Shown here: one piece after another, positions 1 through 12,689 of the stretch
How the letters are laid out: the number at the start of each line of letters is the position of its first letter
Position numbering within the stretch: position 1 is the first letter of the stretch
Assembly: GCA_964016885.1 (NCBI GenBank)
Contig: OZ024741.1
Coordinates: 341,372,001-341,436,000, forward strand
Length of the DNA stretch: 64,000 nucleotides
Direction of reading: 5' to 3'
Source: Eledone cirrhosa
Lineage: Eukaryota
Translations under genes and position numbers: made by a program
Notes under the pieces: model-generated
Database searches by the model: none
What the model saw: only the letters and a program-made list of their open reading frames with translations
Told to the model about the DNA's origin: nothing

Positions 1-107
1 ATAGTTATATATATATAGTTATATGTTTATATATATTATATATATATGTATATATGTATGTGTGTGTGTATGTATATATATATATATAAATAATTCGTTT
101 TTGAATA

Positions 108-156
<49 letters not shown>

Positions 157-212
157 TCATATATTTATACACACACACATATTTATTCATACATGTAAGT
201 ATGTATGTATGT
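1..212. repeat. (TA)n/(TG)n microsatellite tract
   Basis: Direct reading. The YIYI-type ORFs here are artefacts of the repeat. Confidence 0.95.
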
Positions 213-239
213 AATATTTGTGCACATGAATAACAAGGT

Positions 240-1320
240 ATATGTGAGCTGAGAGAAAAACTTTGCCTAAGATGACTTGATGTAGTGTGCAAGAGAGAAG
301 GAGTGCATTGGTACAGACATGTGATGAGTATGAAAGACACAAGCTCTATAAAGTGCAGAGAAATCTGTGCTGAGGGAACTCATGGAAGAAGCAGACCCAG
401 GAAGACATGGGAAGAGGTAGTGAAAGAAGCTGAACCTCACAACAGAGATAACAAAGGAGCACAAGGACTGGAGACATGTTGTGATGATGAAAACCTGTCT
501 ACCAACTTAACCCATTCACATATATCTTCCTCCCCCATCTGATCTCACCCTTTAGCAGCTACCCTCACTATTGCCACCCCTAACCCACAAACCACCACTG
601 TGGCCCCGTAGAAGCTATTAGCATCAATGTGCACCTCTACCCCCACCGCTACTTTATCCAGAGTCACCTCCACCTCTCCTTAATCCTAACATCCCCATTC
701 TACCCAGGACCACACACACCCATCCTCTTATTCTATTCTAGATACTCATGCTAAACCCTGACACAGGTCATAGCCCCTAGTAACTGTTATCACTACACTA
801 CCTCCCACACTGCCGAAGGTCTCCCTTCCCATCCACTACCACTCAACCCATCAAATCCCTCCACACTTAGGATTACCTTGCTCCCATCAATAAAGAAGAG
901 AATGCCCTTCAGTTGAGTCAATGACACAATCTCTCTAATGATGGCACCCTGATAAATACACCCAGTAAACTCTGTATGTTAGTTGGCAATAGGAAGGGTA
1001 CCCCAATGTAGAAACTCTGCCAAACAGGTTAAGAGGACTCTCTAGTTACACCAGGAGAACGATAACCTCCCTAGTTTTGGTGATCTACATTATAAATGTA
1101 CCCACTACACTCTGTAAAGTGGTTGGTGATAGGACCTCCAGCCATAGAAAAGCTGCCAAACACAGGGTCAGGAAGATTTTTCAGCTACCCCAAAGACACG
1201 ACAATTTCCTTTGTGCTAGGGCTATGGTAAAATTTATTCAGAAAATGTTCCACTTTAGTACTGACCGGTCTTTGACAACATAACAAACCCTTGCTAGCAG
1301 GGAAAACGGACATTAAACAT
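240..1320 (+). mobile_element. Decayed RTE-clade LINE 3' end with 3' UTR
   Basis: Encodes [19 protein letters not shown], the RTE C-terminus. The UTR carries degenerate copies of the GTTGG..TAGGAAGGG motif seen in the other RTE copies. Confidence 0.75.
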
Positions 1321-1322
1321 AG

Positions 1323-1595
1323 ATGAGAAGACTGCGCTGGTATGGATATGTGATGTGCATGGAGGATGACCGCTGGGTAAAGAAGTGCCAAGAAATCCCA
1401 GTGGAAGGAAGATGCAGCAGAGGAAGACTACGAAAATCATGGGCGAAGGTGGTGAGAGCTGACCTCAGATCGCTGAAGCTCACAGAGGAGATGACAAAGG
1501 ACCATGATGAATGGAGATGCTGTGCTGAAAAGGACCCGTCCCACCCTTGCAAGCTGGGAAAAGCAGATGTAAATTGATGATCATGATAATGATGT
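1323..1595 (+). mobile_element. RTE LINE 3' fragment (same family as 14170-17060)
   Basis: RRLRWYGYVMCMEDDRWVKKCQEIPVEG..GRLRKSW matches the C-terminus of ORF 14208-14831. Ends in a GAT-rich tail. Confidence 0.9.
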
Positions 1596-1771
1596 ATGTT
1601 GTTTAGTAATTTTGTTGATTATTGGAGGTTACATCAATATGAACAAATTGATACTAGTCAGGTCTACCATAAAGTCCTAGAGCCAATCATCCCTGTAATA
1701 TATGTAACGTTCAATATACAATAAAAATATTTCAAAGTGAAATTTAGTTCTCTCATACATACAGTGTGTGT

Positions 1772-1821
<50 letters not shown>

Positions 1822-1833
1822 GAGAGAGGGAGA

Positions 1834-1868
<35 letters not shown>

Positions 1869-3257
1869 AGATGAAGCATATAAACTGAAACTTCACCTCA
1901 CTGTTACTTTTGTACTTTGAAAAACAATTCCTACATTCTACTCACCAATATTGAATGCATATTTAGTTAATGTTTTAAATACTATGCCATTTTAAACACG
2001 TATTCTAATATATACATACACATTTACACATTGAGTATATAAACATGTACACAGACCAAATTTTTCCCTGTAAATTGAAAAAATGATAAATATCTTCAAC
2101 TGATTTTTTAACCTTTTGGGATTTTCATCAGAAGATATGTATGTCATGTAAACAAGCACAAGAAAATACATAACTGAGAGGCTTATATGCACCATCACTT
2201 ATAGTAATATTATTGTAAGTGATGTACTAATTTTCATAATTTTAGCTTTCATGTTATGTATTAAGTTATGTATTAGCTAATGATGTTATGTATTAAGTTA
2301 TGAAATGGAGCATTATTTGTTGTTCATGATAATTATAAGAGAGAGAGAGAGAGAGAGAGAGAGAATAGTAGACAGCTACATGATGGTTGTTAGCAATGTA
2401 ATTAATTGAAAAATATGAGTGACAGTGTGATAGAGGAGGTAATAATGAGGATGATAGAAGAGAGAGTACAAAAGAGAACCGTGGTAATACGAGTGAGGGG
2501 ATGATAGAATTGGGATTAATGAAAGAGAGAGAGAGAGAGATGGCTGTGTGATGAAAAATGAAGAGAGAGTGAGAGAGAAAGAGGCAGGATAATAAACTCA
2601 GAATGCTGAAATAATAGTGAAAAAATATATTTCAAACGATTCTTGAATTATCTACTTGTCATCTATATTTATGTTTCTGTATATAAGAGTATTTTATTTT
2701 TTAAATTTCAAACAGCTAAAAGCATATATTTCTGTAAATGTATTCAAGTCTCTGTTCTCGTATAACAAGAGATATCTAAAAAAAAAAGATCTCTCATGTA
2801 TTGCATCAAGGGAAAGCATTCTCCTTAAAGCCCTAACTAGTATACATATGTGCTTTCAATGTTAAAATGTCATGGTGTTTATATAATAACAGAATGCTAT
2901 TTATCCATTTTATTGATTTTTTATGATTGCACAGATCAGCTACAAACAAAAAAAGATTGCACTTGTATCATCAATATATCCAGGTATACATAGACACACA
3001 TACAAACAAACAAACACACACACACATGCACATAGACACACAGACAGACACACAATAATAAACATTTAAAGGCTATTTTCTCTGCAAAGGGGTCAACCTT
3101 GCAGGCCTCATGATAAGGTATATACTTATTATGAGGTCCTTTTGAGGCAATGTTGTATTGCCAGATGCCTTTCCTGTCACCAACACTTTTTGTTGCCTTT
3201 TACAATATGCAGGTATGTGGTGTACCTATTCTAAACCAGATACACACAGTAACACAC

Positions 3258-3308
<51 letters not shown>

Positions 3309-3312
3309 AGGC

Positions 3313-3605
3313 AGAGCCACTACTTCTCCGAATTGAGAGATTACAACTCCGATACTATGGACATGTAGTTAGAATGCCTCAGGAAAGAATTGCTGGACAG
3401 ATTTTACGGGCAAAACCAACAGGTAGGAGACCCAGGGGTAGACCCCGAGCAAGATGGTTGAATAACATCCATGAGTTTGGCTGGTCATGCTTAGGGATCC
3501 AGCCGGATCAGTTGGAGATCATTGCTTCTGACATGACCTGCTGAATGGAGTGTTTAAGGACTCTGCCCACAACGGCCCTCTCAGGAATAAGAGGACAAAG
3601 AAGAG
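3313..3605 (+). mobile_element. RTE-clade LINE 3' fragment (different family)
   Basis: Manual translation gives EPLLLRIERLQLRYYGHVVRMPQER..PTGRRPRGRPRARW. Confidence 0.8.
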
Positions 3606-4734
3606 AACACTCACAGTCATAGCTGACAGAGGTCCAATGCACACACATACTTCAAATATTTTTGTAATGTTTTATGGTTACAATATGTTTGGGAACATAT
3701 TTTAGATGATTTTATTATACCGAATAATAATTATATTTTTCCTTTTTATTTTTCCGAAGAAAGTTTGGTGTTAAGAAATGGTATTGTTTGCTGCCAAAAT
3801 TGTGTTATTAGGTTTCAAAGCTATCTCATAACATATAACTTGGACTATTTTTTATACAGTATTTGACTTGTTCTGTTTATTCTTAACTGAAGTGGCTGGT
3901 TCTATGCTGGAACATATTAAGTGTTTCTTTTCAGAAATGAGAGATTTCATAACACGAAGGTGACACTCATCTATTTGTATTAAGGTGAATACATTTATCA
4001 GTGGCTTCAGCTACCAGGCGTCAATGTTTGCTGTAATCGGTTGTGGTGTAAGATGGAGCCTCTCACCATAAGTGTGAATGTGTGTGTATGTTAACATAGA
4101 GCTGAAGCAATTTTAATACTGATTCCAAACTTGCTCCTACATTTAAGTATCCAATAGCGTATTAATGAAACCTTCAGGCTCAATGATTTGAATAATTGTT
4201 TCATAGCATGGATACAAAACACTGTATATATATATGTATATATATGTATGTATGAGTGTGTATTAATAATGCATAAACAATATGTTGGTGATTTTATATA
4301 TATTATATATACTGCTTCCTATACACCCTATGTTCTACACTATGTTTGCAAAAGTTTAGTATAAAGCTGAACGAAACAAAGGAACTAAACAACACACCAC
4401 ACATCTCTACATAGCAAACCATCAGTAATACCAATTATTGCATATAGACAGGGCATTCTTAACACAGATCTTACATCATCATCATCGTCATCATCATCCA
4501 TATAGTTTACTTTCTATACTGGCATGGGTTGGATGGGTTGTCACAGTCTGAGACAGGTCAGAGAGACCTCAACTTGCTCATATAGACGGGTATTTTTTTT
4601 TTTTATCACTAAAAGATGAAAGGTAAAGTTTACCTCCACTGGATTTGATACACACACACACATAGAGGAAATGCATACACACATGCATATGTAGACAGAG
4701 GATGATGTATCACTGTAGCTGGGTATATCCAGTT

Positions 4735-4985
4735 TATTTGATTTGCTGGCCAATGCCATCGTGCCACATATGAAGCTGTGTCCCCATTAGTGCTTTGGAA
4801 ACCCACAAGCAGTCACTAATAACTGGGGGTGCAAGCTCTCCTATCCCGATGTCATCTCCAGAGACTTTGGTATTGAAATGCAGGACTTGGCAACGGCAAT
4901 GAACGACAGACCCACGTGGAGATCAATTGTTGAGTCCATTTTGGCTAAGGCCACTGGATGATGATGATGATGATGATGATGATAT
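4735..4985 (+). mobile_element. Probable RTE/RTEX-like LINE 3' fragment
   Basis: Degenerate ..YPDVISRDFG..AMNDRPTWRSIV followed by a (GAT)n tail. Confidence 0.55.
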
Positions 4986-5304
4986 CCAGTTTAGAATAGG
5001 TACACCATATCACTACATGTTATAAGAGGTAACTAAAATTGTTGGCACCAGGAAGGGTATCTGGACATAAAACATTGCTAAAAAAAAAGGACTCTATGAC
5101 AAGTATAAAATCTGCTATGGGGCCCATGTGGTTGACTTTAAAATACTTATTATTGTAGTATGAAATACAGGTGACTTACATATACAACCACAAACATATA
5201 CATATGAACCTGTTGTTATTGTTGTACAAAATACAATTGACTCACATGTACTGACAAAAATATTTATATACATATGAAACCCAGTACAATATGGTTCTAA
5301 AGTC

Positions 5305-5575
5305 TGTCTTAAGCCATTTAAGGCTCATTAGGCCAGTGTTTATCCTGGTTTCATGGCGTGAAGCAACTGAGAGTACATAGAAGACTTCCCCTGGACAGGA
5401 CACCAGTCCATTGCAGGGTTAAACCCCCAGCTATTGCTGGTACTCATTTCCAGCTGAGTATACTGGAGCAGCATGAAATGAAGTGTTTTGCTCAAGAACA
5501 CAATACGCCACCCAGAAATCGAACCAATGATATGATTGTAAGCCCAACACCCTTACCATTAGGCCATGCACCTCC
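5305..5575 (-). mobile_element. tRNA-derived SINE with CORE-like middle
   Basis: Minus strand begins GGAGGTGCATGGCCTAATGGTAAGG (A box) and has GGTTCGATTTC (B box) followed by TTCTTGAGCAAAACACTTCATTTCA, like the 59503 family. Confidence 0.75.
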
Positions 5576-5627
5576 ACAATATGGTTATGTATAATAAATA
5601 TGCATATAGTCCCCCTGTGTGGATATA

Positions 5628-5965
5628 ACATGGCTGAGTAGTTAAAGAGATTGTGTTGCAATCATGAAGTCTTGGGTTCAGTTTTACAGTCTGGTGTCTT
5701 GGGCAAGTGTCATTTACCAACGACTCAGGTTGACCAATGCCTTATGAGTGAAACTGGGTAGACAGAAACTGTTTGGAAGCCCATCAGGATCACTGTACCT
5801 GTAAGTCAAAGGGTCAGCCTTGTCACACACACTGTGTCATGTTGAAGCTCTCCAAGAATTACATTAAGACTGCACGTGTCTGTGAAATGCTCAGCCACTT
5901 ACAAGTCAATTTCATGAACTGGCTGTTTTGTTGCAACTTGAACACTCATTGTTGAAACTGACAGA
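5628..5965 (+). mobile_element. tRNA-derived SINE
   Basis: TGGCTGAGTAGTTAA A-box-like, GGGTTCAG B-box-like, then a CTTGGGCAAGTGTC CORE-like segment. Confidence 0.65.
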
Positions 5966-6224
5966 GGTCTATTCTAGTCTTGCTGTGAGTATTTTAAACT
6001 TAAGATCATACCACAGCTAGCCTAGTGTTTGTGTAAAAGTGCTATAAATATATTTCAGGGTTGTTATCCAGCATGCTACAGAATACTCAAGTAATGAAGA
6101 TAATGTCTTTTTATATATAAGTTTTGTAAATAATCTATTTTTGTTGATATCTTATGCACATACAATGCAAGCTTCATAGGTTAGTATGAATTAGTAATAG
6201 CACTAACACAGTGTGGCTCAGAAT

Positions 6225-6478
6225 AAAGACCTTTTTGAATTCCATATATCTAATACCCATCGTCATGCTTACAAAATCGGAAAACATCACAGCTCCTATG
6301 ACTTTCAAAAACATTCGCCAACACTACACCTGATATTCCTCCTTCACACACATGCACACATGTATCTGTGTGTATATCATGACTCATACACTGTTCACTT
6401 TCTTGACATTTGTACATTATTCTGTGTACTATACATGCACCTTTGATGAGTTGTAGTGCACCTGAGCACTATTATATA
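6225..6478 (+). mobile_element. CR1-group LINE 3' end (same family as 52680-53365)
   Basis: The terminal ..TTTGATGAGTTGTAGTGCACCTGAGCACT is the reverse complement of the segment near 52693-52722. Confidence 0.75.
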
Positions 6479-6515
6479 AACAAATGGTGAAAGAGATGAA
6501 AGGAAAATGACTTAC

Positions 6516-6634
6516 CTGTACAAATATATATTCATCTTGAACAATTAAAGAAGATGGTAAGATAGGATTTATAGACATATCCATGGAAATTTCTCCACAG
6601 TAGGGAGCCAAGCATGCCAAATAACGAGTCTCAC
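6516..6634 (-). CDS. Internal coding exon of an unidentified host gene: (G)ETRYLACLAPYCGEISMDMSINPILPSSLIVQDEYIFVQ
   Basis: Acceptor tatttatcctttcttcag|GT and donor CAG|gtaagt. 119 nt, open frame, starts in phase 1 and ends in phase 0. Non-repetitive sequence. Confidence 0.75.
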
Positions 6635-6784
6635 CTGAAGAAAGGATAAATATAATTAATAATATTTTATATGAACTTTAAATTTAAAAACAAACATTTT
6701 AATAAATTGTTGTTTCAAATAGGCATAGGCAAATCTCTGTGGGTAACCCATTTGATACCAACCCTGTCAAAACTGCTTCTGGTT

Positions 6785-7200
6785 CTATAAAACCAAACCA
6801 CTCCTTTCAAAGAGTTCCTGTTTACATTAAAATCTTCCAACATAATTTGATATGAGAACCATATGTTAAGTAGGTATCTTAGTAATGAAATAATTAATAA
6901 TTTTAGTAAATTCTTGATTACTCCTTTTGATGACAACCTACCCAAAACAACCGATTTTAAAGAGTTCCTGTTTAAATTAAAATCTCCAACATAATTTTAT
7001 ATAAGAACAATATGTTAAGTTGCAATGAAATAAGTTTAATAAATTCTTCATTAAACCTTGTCATACCCCCCCCCCCCCTGATTATAAGAAACAAAACCAC
7101 CTATCTTAAAGAGTTCTTATTTAAATTAATATCTTCCAACATAATTGAACATAAGAATTGTTAATATACATTAGAAATAATTTTAATAAATCCCTCCAAA
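6785..7200. repeat. Diverged tandem repeat, ~150-bp unit x3
   Basis: AAAGAGTTCCTGTTTA(C/A)ATTAAAATC..CCAACATAATT recurs at ~6809, ~6959 and ~7108. Confidence 0.85.
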
Positions 7201-7384
7201 TTTTTCATTAATTAATTAAAATACAGTGTATTTCTTTAGAAATATAGTAATGAAAGGGATAAGGAGTTCACTTTCAGACATGAAAAAATAAATACTGGAT
7301 TGATAAGAATGACTAAATCCCTGAATGACAATACCCCAGCATGGTTGCAGTCTAGTGAATGAAACTAATAGAAAAAAGTATTAT

Positions 7385-7612
7385 AAGGGATTGTTTCTGT
7401 TTTCATCATTTACATTCAAGTTATTTCTATCTCAAGATCTTTATATTTGGATAGTTTCTCCAATTCCTTGGTAGATATATTGTCATCTGTGGAGATTGAT
7501 ACATCAATTAAAAGACATTTCTTCTCTTTGTGGTCTTTGGCTATAGTATCTTGTTAGTTCAGTTTGATCTCTCTGTGTATATTGGCATATCCCAGAGTAT
7601 AGTTGCTTGTAT
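7385..7612 (-). mobile_element. R4/Dong-like non-LTR retrotransposon fragment (restriction-like endonuclease)
   Basis: Manual translation gives ATILWDMPI..KCLLIDVSISTDDNISTKELEKLSKYKDLEIEI, with disruptions. Confidence 0.7.
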
Positions 7613-8519
7613 ATTGGCATATCCTAGAATATTAACATTATCATTGTTATTGGTGTTGTTATTGTTGTTAATAGTATTATTATTAGCGTTATCATATTGG
7701 GGAATTTTTCATTGTTATTTTTTGTTACATCCTCTGTTTTTGTTTTTTACACGCAGAAATGCCCATTTGTACCGTCCTGTATTGTCCTGCACTGTCCTTA
7801 ATGTCTACTTTATGTAAACCCTTGTGGTTAATAAAGAAATCATTATTGCTAATAGCAACATCATCTCCATCATCAACATCAATATTATTGTTAATATTAT
7901 AATTTATTAGAAGTAGCATCACCATCATCATCATAACCATCATCACCATCACCATCACCATCACCATCACTATAATCATCATCATCATCATCATCATCAA
8001 CATTATTATTAAGTTGTAGGATGTATAGTTATTAAAGTTGTTCCGCCTCAGTAACTCAACAGAATTTCTCCAGAAAACCCATCTTTGTAAACAGAATTTC
8101 TCAATTATAATTTTTACTTGTTGGAAAATTTCAAATGAATTTTCTTTGTTTTCATTAATGTACATTTTATTTATGCTTTTATGTTATTTTTCTTGTTGCT
8201 GCTGTTGTTGTTTTGTATTGTATTTTATCTCTTAACTTAATTTAAATTGGAAAAACTGTTTTTGATATTGAATTTCATTTTTTTAAATTTGTTTAATACG
8301 TTTTGTTCTGCAATGAAATTTAATTTTCACAAACTTGTTTTATTCAAAACACTAGTATTATTGTAGTATCTTTAGTTTAGTTCCTGTTACTTGCTAATAA
8401 TAGTGATGATAATGATAATAAGGATTCCTTTAATAATAATAATGATAATGCTTTCTTTAGTAATAATGGTTTCTTTATTGGCCACAAGGGCTAACATGGA
8501 TGTTTTCTTTGATAATAAT

Positions 8520-8740
8520 TGTTTCTACTTTAAGCACAAGGCCAGCAATTTGAAGGGGGGGGGGGGTAAGTCGATTAAATCGACCCTAGTGCATTACTGG
8601 TGCTTTATTTATCAACCCCGTAAGGATGAAAGGCAAAGTTAACCTTGGCGAGATTTGAACTCAGAACGTAAAGAGACGTAACTCTATGCTCCAAAGCATG
8701 GTGTCCGATGCTCTAACGATACTGCCAATCCACTATCCTT
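8520..8740 (-). mobile_element. tRNA-derived SINE (family of 14023 and 31590)
   Basis: Reverse complement of GGATTGGCAGTATCG..GAGTTCAAATC..GTTAACTTTGCCTTTCATCC..GGGGT..GGCCTTGTGC. Confidence 0.85.
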
Positions 8741-8769
8741 ATAATAATAATAATTATTATTATTATTTT

Positions 8770-9240
8770 TGTTCTTTGAGTCTCAGTCATTGATGTTATT
8801 TAACTGGAAAGTTTGTTGAAATGAATATCAAGCCACTACCTGCAGCCTTAGATATCCAGGACGTATTGGAGGGTTCTTGTTGTTCCCAGCAAGCATGCCT
8901 TTTTAAGTGTTCCAAAAAAGGGGCTGGACTAATGTTCTTTAACCATCATTGGAAACTCCTTGAGATAGTACCTAATGCTCCTATGACAATTGGGACAACC
9001 TTGATCTCATGACAGTTCCAAATCCTTTTTAACTCCCACTTTAAATCCTGGTATCGGTTAATATTTTCCCTCTTGCACTCTCGTGTCAAATGGGCAGGCT
9101 ACATCTACAATCAGGCACAATCTTTTTTCCTTGTCAAAAACCACCAGGTCAGGCCTGTTGTGTTCTAATTTCTTGTACGTCTGTATCCTAAAATCTCATA
9201 GCACCTTCACTTGATTGTTTTCTATCACCGACTCTGGCTT
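8770..9240 (-). mobile_element. R4/Dong-like non-LTR retrotransposon 3' fragment flanked by (TAA)n
   Basis: Manual translation gives KPESVIENNQVKVL*DFRIQT..NRPDLVVFDKEKRLCLIVDVACPFD..YQDLKWELKRIW..VVPIVIGALG (RLE RPD motif). Short TTA repeats on both sides. Confidence 0.8.
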
Positions 9241-9269
9241 ATTATTATTATTATCATCACCCATCATCA

Positions 9270-9418
9270 TCATCCTTATTAGTCTTATTTCTATTGCATG
9301 TCATCACTGCATTACCAAACACAGCTCTGTGTACCTTGGATATCTGCAGAATGGTTTTTGATGGTGGTATTTCTGTTGTATTGAGAGTACTCTTCATAAC
9401 ATGTGTGCAGTGCCTAGC
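9270..9418 (-). mobile_element. Second R4/Dong-like 3' end, cut by the mariner
   Basis: Minus strand reads LGTAHML*RVLSI, resembling the RLE-element terminus. Confidence 0.5.
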
Positions 9419-9846
9419 ATGAGGAGTGACTGAAAAGTTTTGAGCCTCCAAGAAACGAAGCATATACAAATATTTTCTTGTTTTATTTTTCAACATAGTC
9501 TCCCTTTGAGTCCATACACTTCTTCCACCGGTGCTGAAGTGCCTGGATCCTGCTGAAGTAAACTCCTTAGTTTGGTCTTCCAGGTAGATGTCCACAGCAT
9601 CTATGATGTCATCATCTGTGGCATAGTATTGTCCTAACCATATCCTTTTTCATGTTTGGAAACAAGTGGAAGACAGAGGGTGCGAGGTCTGGCATATATG
9701 ATGGATGAGGGATGAGTTGGAACCCACAGTAATAGATTATTGTCATTATCACCACTGAGGTGTGGGCAGGAGCATTGTCATGATGGAACAAGACCTCTTT
9801 CGTCAGCAATTGTGGCCTCCTCTTCTTGATGTTGTCACGCAAGCAC
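9419..9846 (-). mobile_element. mariner transposon 3' part with TIR
   Basis: HHDNAPAH and HPSYMPDLAPSVFHLF (the YSPDLAP motif). GAGGAGTGACTGAAAAGTT at ~9421 resembles a mariner TIR. Confidence 0.9.
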
Positions 9847-10608
9847 TTAACCCTTTAGCATTCGCATTAATTTTCAAACGTCATGCTTATCTGTTCGCAT
9901 TATTTTCCAGTTAATCATACTCAAGAGGGTTATCAATTTTATTTGTTTGTAATTTTCTTAATTTTCTATGTGCGGGCTTGAAATTTTGTCAGTAGATGTT
10001 TAAATATCAATAATTTACAATTATATAATTTTACCTGATTTTTTAGGTCAAATTTGACTTTTATGGGCAGGTGAAATTAATTAATAGGGGCATTTGAAGT
10101 ATCAACCAGGTGTAAATACTGGTTTAATTTTAAATACGTTGTTTTCGGCATAATACTTGATATATAAGGATCACTAAACCTTATAGCAGTGTTCCAGTAA
10201 TTCCACAGTCTTGGAAATTGTTTTATACCGAATATAATATTTACAGTAAAAAATGCTTGCATTTCTGCAGCATCTGTCGGTCGCCAAACAGATCGGGTTT
10301 TCCTTGATTTGAAATCTGTTGTTGGGCATATCGATTAATCTCTTCTGTCACAACTTCGAAGAAAGTTTCTGGTAAAAACAAAAAGAAATAATCCAGTGCT
10401 TTAGCATCGGGAGGTAATGTGTTGTGGACCAGTAATTTTGAATAAAATCGGAAACATATATTAGTGTGGTATTTTCAACCACGTTGCTGTAATATTTTCA
10501 ATGGCGCCCTGGAGACCTCCTTCATTTCGTGTGTAAAACCTTCAAAGTCGGTATCGCTACTTTCATAAGCCATGTTGATACAAAATAATATATAGGCACA
10601 TATATATA
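9847..10608 (-). mobile_element. piggyBac-type element, internally deleted, inserted into the mariner
   Basis: TTAA|CCCTTT terminus at 9847-9856. Decayed transposase N-terminus from ATG 10573: MAYESSDTDFEGF..FLPETFFEVVTEEINRYA..EMQAFFTVNIIFGIKQFPRLWNYW..YLHLVD. Confidence 0.85.
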
Positions 10609-10828
10609 TCAGCTGTAGAAATGAGATGATAGGGACTCGGGTCCCTATCATTCCACTGCAAAGTGGACGTGTAGGTGCCACGGCAAAAAAGCACCCAGCA
10701 CTCACTGTAAATGAGGTTGGTGTTAGGAAGGGCATCCAGCTGTAGAAATCAAGCCAGAATCAGTTCCCGTCCCACCCTTGCAAGCAGGGAAAAGTGGACG
10801 TAAAATGAAATGATGATGATGATGATGA

Positions 10829-10832
<4 letters not shown>
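10609..10832 (+). mobile_element. 5'-truncated SINE with RTE-derived tail
   Basis: Near-identical to the 3' half of the SINE at 59503-59888. (GAT)n tail. Confidence 0.9.
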
Positions 10833-10881
<49 letters not shown>

Positions 10882-10952
10882 AAAGGTAAACAGAAATAAC
10901 AACGCAATTGGTACCGTATATAGAAGGGATATATTAGGTTATATATATATAT

Positions 10953-11562
10953 ATGAATATTGATTGTTTCTTGTATCTCATTCTGTTATTTTATATCTAT
11001 GTGTGTCATCAAATGTTGTACACACATAGATATTTTTTCAAGTTCCAATTGAGTTCTAGCACGTGGCCTGAATTCCTTTTAGAATTCATTGTCCTGCGCA
11101 TGTATTGTTTTTTTGGCGGTAATTTACTTCCTCATTTTTTTACAGTTTGAGTATTTCTTTAGAACTGCTGGAGTAGCAACCTAACAGATACCTCAGGCAC
11201 TGATGGTGATTATCGCTAAATATTGATGTTGGTTAGATTATCAATATTAGTATTATTGGGCACCCACTGAAGAATTATAAGAGCCCACTTGAATATATAT
11301 CTGTTGATCTTATACAAGCTCCTACATAAATTGGTATAATTTCACCCAAATTGTAGGAATCTTATAATGAAACGAGACGTCCGTCTGGGAAGAGATATAT
11401 TCGATATGTCTCATATGAAATAATACAGCCAATTTTCCACACAATACATTTAGTTAGCACCCCGAACGTTTAATTAGGAATATACTCACTTATTTCCTAA
11501 TGTTTGTTGAGTGAGTTGGAATTTGGCCGGAGTATCGCTAAAAGCTTTCTCCGATAATGTAT
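10953..11562 (+). mobile_element. Penelope-like pseudo-LTR remnant between (TA)n tracts
   Basis: Contains the hammerhead above and a downstream ACTC..GAGTG stem. (TA)n on both flanks. No RT/GIY-YIG coding sequence recognised. Confidence 0.55.
11263..11389 (+). ncRNA. Type I hammerhead ribozyme with extended, branched stem II
   Basis: Stem I CCCA/TGGG; core CTGAAGA (11267-11273); stem II ATTATAAGA/TCTTATAAT; GAAAC-G-AGACGTC-C-GTC with predicted cleavage after 11385. Confidence 0.75.
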
Positions 11563-12045
11563 TTATATATATATATATATATATATATAACAATCATATT
11601 TTTGGAAGCATTGAGCAAATTATGAATTTTTCTTCATGTTTGTTAGATTTAAAAAGTGGACTACGTCACCTGTGGAACTCGATTGCAACAGGTGATGTCT
11701 CCTTTTTTCCATTTCTAGGGGTTTATATGCTCAAATTGTTAGACTATTTTTCATAGTCAAAAACCTGCATTGAAGCTGTTAACTTTAAACTAACATACAT
11801 TGAAAACATTCATAATTCGCTCAATGCTTTTAAACTTACAATTGTTTATTTACCTACTAGATATGGCTTAAAATAAGGAGAAAATTAGTCAGCCTACTTT
11901 TGTGTAATTGGTAGCAAAACCATTGGCATTCAGCAGCTGTGAGTCCCTCAGGTGATGCTGTCCACTTTTCCCCATATTTAAGGGGCTTATTTTTCATACT
12001 CTTAAACCTGTGTTGAAGCTGGAAAGTTTAAGCTAACATAAATTC

Positions 12046-12541
12046 AACTGTAAAGTGATCGTGTAGGTGTCACGACAAAAAATACACAGCACACATTGTA
12101 AATGTGGTTGGCGTTAGGAAAGGCATCCAGTCATAGAACACCAGACCCAAAACACCCAGCCCACATTGTAAAGTGGACATCTAAAAGACACAACAAAAAC
12201 ACCCAGCACACACTGTCAATGTGGTTGGTATTAGGAAGGGCATCCAGCTGTAGAAAACCATCCAGAAACTCTCCTATATGAGCGAGACATGATCACCCAA
12301 CCCAACTTGCCTTTAAATGGGACAAACCCATCTAACCTATGTTAGCGGGGAAGATAGACGTTAATCGATGATGATGATGGTATCTTAGTCCGCGCTGTAA
12401 ATGTAGTTGGCATTAGGAAGAGCATCCAGCCATAAAAACCAAACCAGAAACAGGACACAATCACCAAATCTGACTTGTCTCACAACAGGACAACTTGTTT
12501 CATCCATGCTAGTGTGGAAAATGGACATTAAACAGTGATAA

Positions 12542-12545
<4 letters not shown>
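12046..12545 (+). mobile_element. Cluster of RTE 3' UTR fragments
   Basis: Three GTTGG..TTAGGAA..GCATCCAG motifs, pseudoknot units and two GAT tails. Confidence 0.8.
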
Positions 12546-12603
<58 letters not shown>

Positions 12604-12689
12604 TTATTTATAATAAAGATAATATTAATCTCTACTATCGTATTGAATACTCATTCTCTATATAGATATAGTTATATACATACAATATG

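Noticed and set aside
2090-2138. Hammerhead-like motif on the minus strand (ATATCTT-CTGATGA..GGTT-AAAAAA-TCAGTT-GAAGATAT)
   Set aside because: Stem I is plausible but GAAA is replaced by AAAA and the cleavage triplet is out of register. At best a dead relic.
2935-2984. Plus-strand micro-exon (cacag|ATC..CCAG|gtatac)
   Set aside because: Weak donor, no partner exons, and opposite in strand to the better-supported gene.
6635-6690. CTGAAGA as a hammerhead core
   Set aside because: No matching stem II or GAAA. It is the reverse complement of the splice acceptor (tcttcag) of exon 6516-6634.
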